From positions 3,744,001 through 3,808,000 of the forward strand of contig OZ241917.1 in NCBI GenBank assembly GCA_965203805.1: a stretch of DNA of 64,000 nt, given 5' to 3'. Positions 30,435 through 39,135 of this stretch are shown one piece after another. The notes under the pieces are model-generated. The model saw only the letters and a program-made list of their open reading frames with translations. It was not told where the DNA came from and searched no databases. This DNA comes from Candidatus Latescibacterota bacterium. GTDB taxonomy: Bacteria; Latescibacterota; UBA2968; GCA-2709665. The translations under genes and the position numbers were made by a program. Numbering within the stretch: position 1 is the stretch's first letter; every line of letters starts with the position of its first letter.

Positions 30435-33400
30435 TGAACTCGGACACAATTGTGGGAACTCGACTCTCTCCACAACAGGACCACGTTTGGCGTCTGCAAG
30501 TAGCTGCTTCAGGTCGAATATTTGGTGTACATTGTCTAGTGAATATTCGGGGTGTTTTAGATGGGGAATCTCTGAGGAGTGCCCTATTGTCCGTAGTCGA
30601 GCGACACGAGATCCTTCGGACAGAGTTTCAATTCATTCCTGGCCTGAAGGTACCACTTCAGGTAATACAAGAGACAGTCGATCTATCGTTTAATAAATGT
30701 GACATCAGCCACTTGAGTTCGCTGGCTCAAACTGAAAAGATTGAATCGACATTCTATATGGACAAGCCCAATGTGACGAAGACTGAACAGCGTGAAGTGC
30801 CGACCTTTCAACTGCTGAAGCTCACTAAAAAGGAGCATTTGCTGTCGGTCAACTTACCAGCAATGTGTGCGGACGCAAAGTCATGTGACATTCTGGCGAG
30901 GGAGCTAAGTTGCTTCTACAATCGAGGCATTAGTTCAGAGTGTATTACATCCGACCAACTTCAGTTCGCTGATGTTGGGGAATGGGAGCACAGCGTGTTA
31001 GAATCAGAGGATAGTGAAATTGGGAGAGCGTACTGGCGAGATTGTAAATTGGATAGTTTGCTCAACACGAAGTTGCCAATCCAACGTGAACAAGCCGACA
31101 GTCGCTTGTTTGATCCTCGCGCACTTGAACTTGCGGTTCCGGCTGAATTGCACTCAGCAATTGTAAATGCTTGTCGTAACTGGAGAGTCTCAATTGCTGA
31201 TTTTCTCTTGACGTGCTGGTACGTGTTTCTTTGGCGATTGAACCGGCAGAGTGGTCTGGCCGTCGGTGTCGCTGTGGACGGGCGGAATTATGAAGAGATA
31301 GAAGGATTGGTCGGACCACTTACAAGCTACGTACCGGTGAGAGTCGGCATGTCTAAACACTCGCCGTTCAAGCAGATTCTGGCTACGGTAGCTAAGGCGA
31401 CGAAGGACGCAAGGCGATGGCGAGAGTCCTTCTCATGGCAGGAGAGACTGAGTTCAGCAAACGTCGACGAACCCTACTTTCCATATATTTTCGATTTCTA
31501 CGGCGCCGAACGTGAATATTGCTGCGGTAAGGTCGAGTTCTCTGCTGACGTAATTCAATGGCGAACCGAACGATTCAAACTAAGGTTTTTAGGGCGAATG
31601 CAGAAAAGGTCGTTGCAAATTGGGATCGAGTACGACTCCGCCTGCTTTAGTGAAGAGGATGTTCGATCGCTACGCCGACCGTTAACCGAACTGGTCAAGA
31701 GTTGTCTCGACAGGCCGGATGTTCCCATATCTGCCATTAAACTCGTCGATGATGCGATGCAGTATCATTCAACAATCAATCGGAACGAGAGACCGGCGAA
31801 AAATCTTGAAGAGAAGTGTATTCACCGGCTTTTCCAGTGCCAAGTTCAGAAAGTGTCAGACCGAATTGCAATCGAGTTTGCGGCAGGACACCTGACGTAC
31901 AGCGCCCTTGAAACCCGTGCTAACCAGTTAGCAAATCACCTTCGTAGGCTGGGGGTTGGCCCTGGAGTACAAGTTGGAATACTCATTGAGCGCTCTCCGG
32001 AGATGGTAGTGGGATTGCTCGGAATTCTTAGTGCGGGCGGAGCATATCTACCTTTGGACACTACCTTCCCCAAAGAGCGGCTGGCTTTTGTCCTTAGGAA
32101 TTCGAAAGCGGATATTGTTGTCACCTCCCTGCAGACCGGCAGGCTATTGCCGAAGGATGTGCACAAAGTATTTCTCGATCCAGCCTATCAGTCCATCGCT
32201 TCTGAAAGCGCAGATGCCCCAGAAAGTGGAGTCAGAAGCTCTGATCTCGCCTATACGATCTATACTTCTGGTTCAACTGGTCGTCCAAGGGGAGTCATGG
32301 TTACGCACAAATGTCTTGTGAATTATGTGACTTGGAGCATCAGAGCTTATCGACTCAGCGAAAGGTCTGCAGTTGCGGTGAATTCGCCTCTGGCCTTCGA
32401 CCTTACTGTCACTAGCTTATTAAGCCCTCTGATTGCGGGGGGCAGGCTAGTACTGCTGTCGGAGCAAGACCCCATTGGGGAACTGAAAAATGCCGCTAAA
32501 ATGGGTTTACGATTTGACCTTCTAAAGTTGACTCCTGCACATCTAGATTTGCTTTCGGATCTGGTGTCGCCAAGCGAAGCTAAGGATTTCGCAAAAACCA
32601 TCGTAATTGGAGGAGAGGGCCTTTATGGACGCCATGTCGCCTTCTGGATCCGCAATTCTCCACATACTCGGCTAATCAATGAGTATGGTCCTACTGAGAC
32701 GGTTGTTGGATGCTGTGTCTCAGAGGTTGTTCCTTCGCAACCCCACGAACTTCCTGTGCCAATTGGCATGCCAATAAAAAACGCTCGGATGTATGTGTTA
32801 GATGACGAACTGCAGCCCTTGCCGGTAAATGTGCCTGGTGAAATATACATTGGGGGGCAGGTGGTTAGTAGCGGATATTGCAACGACTCTCGAGGCACAG
32901 CAGACAGGTTCATCCCAGACCCATTCAACCCAATTTCTGGATCGAGAATGTACCGTAGTGGTGACCTCGGCCGCATTCGTGCGGACGGCCAGATCGAATT
33001 TCTTGGCAGGTTGGACTGGCAGATCAAGGTCCGTGGATATCGAATTGAACTCGGGGAGATTGAAGCAACCCTCAATAACCACCCAAACGTGAGTAGTTCG
33101 GTTGTGATCAATTGCTGTAGTGGTGACAAAATTGTTCAGGCACGCCTAGTAGCGTATTTTATGCCAATAGTAGGCGCAGACGTTGATCAAGAGACATTGT
33201 TGTCATTCGCTCGTAGTTGGCTGCCCGAATATATGGTGCCATCCGACGTCATATTGGTGCGTGAGTGGCCGCTAACAAGCAATGGCAAGATAGACCGCAG
33301 TGCACTGACAACAATGCACCCCGGTATCCGAGCCTCTAAATCAAGATACGTCGCCCCAACTACAAATGCTGAGCGATCCATATGCGGGATTTGGGCTGAA

Positions 33401-36400
33401 GTGTTGGGAGTGGATGTTATTGGCACAATGGATGATTTCTTTGAACTTGGGGGCGATTCGTTATCGGCCGTACGAGTATTGGGGCGTGTATGTGAGGAAT
33501 TTGGTGTGAAGCTCTCGTTGCGGCGGCTGTTTGAGAGTCCGACGGTATCTGGGTTGGCGATTCTCATTGACGCGGAGGGTGGTTTGCAGGGAAAGGTCGG
33601 AAATTCGTCCATGATACCTCGGGCCAATAGAAGCGAGGATGCACTGCCGCTTTCGTTTGCACAGCAGCGGCTGTGGTTTTTTGATCAACTGGAGCCAGGA
33701 AATGCCTTCTATAATATACCGTCTGCGGTTCGTCTACGTGGTCCACTTTGTATGACTGCTCTTTGGTGGAGTGTAAATGAGATAATCCGGCGACATGAGT
33801 CTCTGCGCACAACCTTTGCGAGGCGTGAAGGACAGCCTATACAAGTAGTGGCAGATGAGTTACAGCTGCCGTTGAGGGTGATAGACTTACGAGGTCTTCC
33901 AGATGCAGAACAGCGCGCTCAACAATTAGCCCGCAGGGAGGCTGAGCGTGCTTTTTCACTGGAATGCGGTCCGTTGTTAAGGATCGTGTTATTGTGGATA
34001 GGTGACGAGGATTACCTGCTGGTACGGATAACACACCACATAATCTCTGATGGTTGGTCTGAGAGTATTTTTCTTAAAGAGTTGGCTGTTTTCTACAATG
34101 GTCGTGTAAGTGGTCGGCATACAACTCTTCCAGCGCTACCCATCCAATATGTTGATTTCTCGGTTTGGCAGCGACAACAGTTGCAGGGTGAAATGCTGGC
34201 GAAACAACAAGCATATTGGAATGAGCAACTGCGAGATAGCCCACCTATTTTAAAGCTACCTATTGATCGTCCCAGACCAGAGATACAATCGTTTCGAGGT
34301 GGTGTATGCTCCCTGAAGTTACCGAAAGAGCAGACCGAAGAACTGAAGAAATTGAGCCGTCAAGAAGGGACGACATTGTTCATGACATTGCTGACGGCAC
34401 TCAAGGTTTTGCTGTACAGACTCAGTGGTCAGAGCGATATCTGCGTGGGGACTCCAATTTCCAATCGCACACGCCCTGAAACAGAGGGGATCATAGGGCT
34501 ATTTCTAAACATGCTGCCCTTGCGAACACATGTGCAAGAGGATATGAGCTTTCGCGACCTGCTTAGAACGGTGCAAAAGACTTGCCTAGATGCATTCGCA
34601 AATAAAGATATCCCATTCGAAATGTTGGTTGACACCTCAGATGTTGAAAGGAACCTAAGCAATACCCCGCTATTTCAAGTGACTTTCAACATGCTAAATT
34701 TCGAGTCGACTGATGGCAACTTCCAAGCGTTGGAATCTGAAAGGCTTTCAATCTATGGAGATTTGGTTTCGAAATTTGATCTCACACTCTATGCCCGAGG
34801 GGGAGATCGTCTAGAGTTTGCCTGGGTTTACAATTCAGAACTGTTTCAGGAGGAAACAGTGCGTATGCTGTTAAGCCAGCTACAAGCATTACTGACGCAA
34901 GTTTTGTGTGATCCTAACCAGATCATCTCACGCATACACTTGGCTTTCAGGGAACATGAGGGAGAACTTGGGCAAAGTAACAGCAAAATTTGGCCAGATC
35001 GAAAGCGTATTCACTTTGGAAGGGAAGATACTGAGCAGCTGATTACAGCTTGCTTCGCTAAACAAGCTAAACGAAAAAGGAATCACATAGCCGTAGCCTC
35101 TAAAGGCACCCAGTGGACCTATGGATCCCTGGATAAGCGGGCAAACACTATCGCGTCGATGATTCTGCAGCGATGCGGATCGGACTCTGGTCGGATTGGG
35201 CTAATCATCTCACATGATGCGCCGATGGTGGCGAGTATTTTGGGTGTCCTGAAAGCAGGTAAGACCTACGTACCGCTAAACCCGCTGCACCCGTTCGAAC
35301 GTCTTTCAAAAATGGCTTCTCACGCGCGACTTGACGCAGTCGTCACCGACAGCGCTCACGAAGAAATGTCGCGGATGGCAGTAGACGCACAAACATGCAT
35401 CATAAATGTCGAGGACTTGCGGACGAACTCTCTACCGGTAATGTGTAACGGATCACCAGATGAGTTAGCATACATTCTCTATACATCGGGATCAACGGGA
35501 GAGCCAAAGGGAGTGATGCAAAGTCACCGAAATGTGCTGCGCCATATTAGAAACTATACAAACGCGCTGAATATTGCCGATACGGATCGTCTCACACTTC
35601 TATCTTCATACAGTTTTGATGCATCAGTGATGGACATTTTCGGAGCACTTATGAACGGTGCGAGATTACATCTTTTCGATCTAAGGGAGATAGGATTCAG
35701 TCAGTTACCGGAGCAATTCCGGAGGGCTGGAATAACTATCTATCACTCAACACCAACAGTTTATAGACGCTTAATATACCACCTCGGTGACCACAGGCAG
35801 CTTTCCAAAATACGACTGATTGTACTAGGCGGAGAACAGGCAAACAGAAGTGATTTCGACTCATACAAGATGCATTTTTCGAGTAATTGCCTATTCGTAA
35901 ACGGCTTCGGTCCGACGGAATCAACGCTTGCTCTGCAGAGTATCATAAACCAGAACATGACATTTGATGAGAACCATATTTCGGTGGGCTTTCCAGTTGA
36001 GGATATGGATGTAGCGATCGTTGGGGATGATATGGAAGAGCTAGGAGCGGGAGCGACTGGAGAGATAATCCTCAAGAGTAGTGCGTTGGCACTGGGCTAT
36101 TGGGCTAATCCCGATGAGACCCAAAGAGTCTTCCGACAAGACCCGACAAACCCAGATCACCGCCAGTATCGCACTGGAGACCTGGGACGTCGCTTGCCGG
36201 ATGGCAGCATTGAGTTCAGGGGACGGAGAGATCGCCAGGTTAAAGTCGATGGTCACCGGGTCGAACTGGGCGAAGTAGAGCTAAACCTCAGGTCCCTGGA
36301 TGGAATAGACGAAGCGGCCGTGGTCGTAACCAATAGTAGCGAGGGGACGCGTCTGATTGCCTACATTGTAGTCAAAGAGTCAGCACAACTCTCAGAAAGA

Positions 36401-36778
36401 GAGTACCGCAAAATCCTGGCTCGAAAACTGCCTCGCTATATGTTGCCCTCACGCTTTGTTCGATTGCCGACCTTACCACTTAATCCTAATGGCAAGATAG
36501 ACTACGCTTTGCTGCCTTTACAAGAGACCACTGGCCAAAAACAGATACATAAAGTGAGCGCTCCTAGGAACAATAATGAGTGTCAATTAGCCGATATCTG
36601 GTGCGACCTCCTTGAATTAGATCAGGTTGGTATTGATGACGATTTCTTCGACCTTGGTGGGGACTCTCTGTTGTTAATCCAGGTTTATGACCGGTTAAGG
36701 GAAGTTTTGGACGATCAGATAATGGTAATTGACCTATTCAGGTATCCAACAATACGATCATTTTTCGACGCAATCTAA
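30434..36778 (+). CDS. bimodular NRPS: I(C-like interface)-A-T-C-A-T, with no TE, R or E domain
   Basis: The first C-like domain has LPAMCAD in place of HHxxxDG. A-domain cores YTSGSTG, YGPTE, YRSGD/YRTGD and NGK are present twice. Two GGDS T domains. Manual A1 code DLTKVGEVGK (Asn-type); A2 code DAMHVGGLAK (uncertain). Confidence 0.95.
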   Translation: MNSDTIVGTRLSPQQDHVWRLQVAASGRIFGVHCLVNIRGVLDGESLRSALLSVVERHEILRTEFQFIPGLKVPLQVIQETVDLSFNKCDISHLSSLAQTEKIESTFYMDKPNVTKTEQREVPTFQLLKLTKKEHLLSVNLPAMCADAKSCDILARELSCFYNRGISSECITSDQLQFADVGEWEHSVLESEDSEIGRAYWRDCKLDSLLNTKLPIQREQADSRLFDPRALELAVPAELHSAIVNACRNWRVSIADFLLTCWYVFLWRLNRQSGLAVGVAVDGRNYEEIEGLVGPLTSYVPVRVGMSKHSPFKQILATVAKATKDARRWRESFSWQERLSSANVDEPYFPYIFDFYGAEREYCCGKVEFSADVIQWRTERFKLRFLGRMQKRSLQIGIEYDSACFSEEDVRSLRRPLTELVKSCLDRPDVPISAIKLVDDAMQYHSTINRNERPAKNLEEKCIHRLFQCQVQKVSDRIAIEFAAGHLTYSALETRANQLANHLRRLGVGPGVQVGILIERSPEMVVGLLGILSAGGAYLPLDTTFPKERLAFVLRNSKADIVVTSLQTGRLLPKDVHKVFLDPAYQSIASESADAPESGVRSSDLAYTIYTSGSTGRPRGVMVTHKCLVNYVTWSIRAYRLSERSAVAVNSPLAFDLTVTSLLSPLIAGGRLVLLSEQDPIGELKNAAKMGLRFDLLKLTPAHLDLLSDLVSPSEAKDFAKTIVIGGEGLYGRHVAFWIRNSPHTRLINEYGPTETVVGCCVSEVVPSQPHELPVPIGMPIKNARMYVLDDELQPLPVNVPGEIYIGGQVVSSGYCNDSRGTADRFIPDPFNPISGSRMYRSGDLGRIRADGQIEFLGRLDWQIKVRGYRIELGEIEATLNNHPNVSSSVVINCCSGDKIVQARLVAYFMPIVGADVDQETLLSFARSWLPEYMVPSDVILVREWPLTSNGKIDRSALTTMHPGIRASKSRYVAPTTNAERSICGIWAEVLGVDVIGTMDDFFELGGDSLSAVRVLGRVCEEFGVKLSLRRLFESPTVSGLAILIDAEGGLQGKVGNSSMIPRANRSEDALPLSFAQQRLWFFDQLEPGNAFYNIPSAVRLRGPLCMTALWWSVNEIIRRHESLRTTFARREGQPIQVVADELQLPLRVIDLRGLPDAEQRAQQLARREAERAFSLECGPLLRIVLLWIGDEDYLLVRITHHIISDGWSESIFLKELAVFYNGRVSGRHTTLPALPIQYVDFSVWQRQQLQGEMLAKQQAYWNEQLRDSPPILKLPIDRPRPEIQSFRGGVCSLKLPKEQTEELKKLSRQEGTTLFMTLLTALKVLLYRLSGQSDICVGTPISNRTRPETEGIIGLFLNMLPLRTHVQEDMSFRDLLRTVQKTCLDAFANKDIPFEMLVDTSDVERNLSNTPLFQVTFNMLNFESTDGNFQALESERLSIYGDLVSKFDLTLYARGGDRLEFAWVYNSELFQEETVRMLLSQLQALLTQVLCDPNQIISRIHLAFREHEGELGQSNSKIWPDRKRIHFGREDTEQLITACFAKQAKRKRNHIAVASKGTQWTYGSLDKRANTIASMILQRCGSDSGRIGLIISHDAPMVASILGVLKAGKTYVPLNPLHPFERLSKMASHARLDAVVTDSAHEEMSRMAVDAQTCIINVEDLRTNSLPVMCNGSPDELAYILYTSGSTGEPKGVMQSHRNVLRHIRNYTNALNIADTDRLTLLSSYSFDASVMDIFGALMNGARLHLFDLREIGFSQLPEQFRRAGITIYHSTPTVYRRLIYHLGDHRQLSKIRLIVLGGEQANRSDFDSYKMHFSSNCLFVNGFGPTESTLALQSIINQNMTFDENHISVGFPVEDMDVAIVGDDMEELGAGATGEIILKSSALALGYWANPDETQRVFRQDPTNPDHRQYRTGDLGRRLPDGSIEFRGRRDRQVKVDGHRVELGEVELNLRSLDGIDEAAVVVTNSSEGTRLIAYIVVKESAQLSEREYRKILARKLPRYMLPSRFVRLPTLPLNPNGKIDYALLPLQETTGQKQIHKVSAPRNNNECQLADIWCDLLELDQVGIDDDFFDLGGDSLLLIQVYDRLREVLDDQIMVIDLFRYPTIRSFFDAI
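33381..34629 (+). repeat. 1249-bp T-C didomain duplication, copy 2
   Basis: Near-identical to 27690-28938 at an offset of 5691. Confidence 0.95.
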
Positions 36779-36924
36779 ACCTTTTTTATCGACACGTGAA
36801 AAAGACACGATTTCGTGGACAACCTTCTTGTTGTTGTTTTAAGAAAACACAAGGTTTACTATGCCACAGAAACGCCCTGTCGTCTTATTGAAACGCTTTG
36901 TCATACAAAGTACCAACGACACAT

Positions 36925-37180
36925 CATTTTGTGCGGTCGGATGAACTCACGCAGGATCGTGATCCCGACGTTATAGCCTTGTGAACGCAGTTCCTGCAAC
37001 AGCAACGTGTCGGAAAATTTTCCGCACCAAACGCGGCTGGGTTGTATTCTTGCGCGCATCTAGCGTTGAAACAAGCCTCGCCCTGAGCATGGGAAATACG
37101 TCCCGACGTTTGAGGTGGGTTATACACTGGGTTTGACCCGAGACTCCCGAATGCCTAGCTATCCACGCGTAATGCTTGTT
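36925..37180 (-). pseudogene. IS21 IstA transposase N-terminal remnant
   Basis: Minus-strand fragments IARHSGVS and LLQELRSQGYNVGITILREFIRP, broken by frameshifts. Confidence 0.65.
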
Positions 37181-37385
37181 TTGCGAGGATATCACAATCG
37201 GCAATGGCTCTTCTGCTCCAAACGCTGGATTCTTCGCGGAAGTTTCCATCTTTATACCGTCGTTTCTATCTAATTTACACCGATTCTGAGAGTAACTTTC
37301 CTATGCAAAGATCACACTCAATGGGGACCGTGACACAGGGTCAATACACCTTCGCTAACAGAGGTGGTCATCGGAAAGGAGAATC

Positions 37386-38597
37386 TTGGCAATGTGGGCA
37401 GGCCTATGTGAAAAATTAAGAAAAGAGACAGAATACTGCGAGGGTCGCTCTGATCTATATCGCGATCTGTTCAAAGTGTTCCAAAGCTGGAGCATGAGTA
37501 TTCGAGACGAAAAAAAACAGTTGCACAGATCTGTCGAAAATTTCCGAACAATCGTAGGTGAAGTGTGGCATGACAAGACATTTACGACCGCTATGGAACA
37601 GCCCCTACTGTTGGGTGCCCTGGTACACGGGTTCGCACTCTCAGGGATCGCACCTTTGCTCCGGTCGAAGTTTCCTACGACCGGTGGATCTTACGATTCA
37701 CTGAAGGACCACCGAAAACTAGCAGAATTGGTGGCAATGTTGTTCGTGGATCATGATGACGTCATTCGCTCGGTTCTTCATTCTCGACGACTTCAAACAA
37801 ACGAAGTGTCCCGAAGCATCACTTGGCTTGTTCCATACCTGCTCCTAAATAGCAAAAAAAAGCTGCCATGCATACTCATAGAGCTAGGATGTAGCGCGGG
37901 TCTCAACCTAATAGCTGACAAGCTTGAATGGGACTGGGAAGTGGATATGCAGCACGTTCGATTTGGGAACAAGTGCAACATTAAGCAAAGGCTCACGGCG
38001 GACAGTGACCTTCAGTTAGCCAGTGTTTTGGAACAACTACCGATACTCTCTTCTTTGGTAACGAAACGACTTGGATGCGATTTAAGCGTACCGAATGTGT
38101 TCGATGATGGGGATATGCTGGATTTGAGCGCCTGCATCTGGGGGGATGATCCTGGACGTCTTTCAAGGTTTCAAGATTCCGTATCCATTCGAAGATCCTT
38201 TGGCCCAAACGGTGGTGTTGTGGATTTGACTGAGATCGACTTATTTGAGTTCCTTCCGTCGATAGACCCTCGCGTCCTTCTGGAAGCCAATGAGCCACAC
38301 TTGCTAATCGTATATAACACGATTGTAACGACATACTTTGATCGTGAAAGCTACAATCATCTGAGATCGCAAATAGATCGCCTGTTTGCCAGATTTAGAA
38401 ATCATCATTGCATTTGGCTTGAGCACGAAACGCTCAGAGAAGAGACATCTGACGAAAATGTCCCCCAAACCGAGAGTCATATAAGTGCTCACTTTGTAGA
38501 CAAGGGCGACCTAAAGACTGAATGCATCGCATCTACCGAGATGCACCCTCGGAATATACATTGGCATTTCTCAGGCAGTGGCTTGCTCGATAGATAG
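37386..38597 (+). CDS. DUF2332-family protein
   Basis: LQTNEVSRS, IELGCSAGLNL, RLGCDL, LSACIWGD...RL. Confidence 0.8.
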   Translation: MAMWAGLCEKLRKETEYCEGRSDLYRDLFKVFQSWSMSIRDEKKQLHRSVENFRTIVGEVWHDKTFTTAMEQPLLLGALVHGFALSGIAPLLRSKFPTTGGSYDSLKDHRKLAELVAMLFVDHDDVIRSVLHSRRLQTNEVSRSITWLVPYLLLNSKKKLPCILIELGCSAGLNLIADKLEWDWEVDMQHVRFGNKCNIKQRLTADSDLQLASVLEQLPILSSLVTKRLGCDLSVPNVFDDGDMLDLSACIWGDDPGRLSRFQDSVSIRRSFGPNGGVVDLTEIDLFEFLPSIDPRVLLEANEPHLLIVYNTIVTTYFDRESYNHLRSQIDRLFARFRNHHCIWLEHETLREETSDENVPQTESHISAHFVDKGDLKTECIASTEMHPRNIHWHFSGSGLLDR

Positions 38598-38622
38598 CCT
38601 GCCTGTTCGGCAGACAGGCAGG
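38598..38622. repeat. CCTGCCTGT...ACAGGCAGG palindromic element
   Basis: Perfect 9-bp arms directly after the DUF2332 stop codon. Confidence 0.75.
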
Positions 38623-38794
38623 ATGCTCGCCAGTGAGATCAGTAGCAACATTAGCGGTGACGAAGGCAACGAAGTCTCCAATATTGAGGGTCGCGATCTG
38701 ACTCCCTGAGTATGCAGGACGTAACGTGAGCGAACGCTGCGTAGGCTTACCAGTGACTTTGTGGTATGCAGGCTTTGATAATCGTAATACGTGA

Positions 38795-39009
38795 GCCCAC
38801 CTCTTCACCCTGTTCGCCTTGGCCAACTTCCATCTCGTCCCGCGGGAAATGACCACCTCCTAAGGAAAAGTCCGTCCGGACGGGGCACAGCACCCCGGAC
38901 GGGACGCATCTCTGCCTCGAATAACCCCTACAACCATCCTAAATCACGTCCTTTTCAACACACTCATTTCGCACCGCGTCTTCGTATAATCGCGTTGATC
39001 AGAGGTTCC
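38795..39009 (+). mobile_element. IS5-family 3' remnant
   Basis: AHLFTLFALANF transposase C-terminal motif, followed by the IS5-like right end TTGATCAGAGGTTCC. Confidence 0.65.
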
Positions 39010-39135
39010 TTCATTGTTTCGCCCACGAATGACAGAAAGTACGATTTGCCAGACGGAATGCGAGTCACCTAGACCGTTACCTTTAGTAGATAGTTCACGC
39101 GGCTTCTTCTTGCACGCAAATTAGGTCGTTTTCCA

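Noticed and set aside
27690-34629. DGR template/variable repeat pair
   Set aside because: Far too long, only one substitution seen, both copies are coding, and there is no RT in the window.
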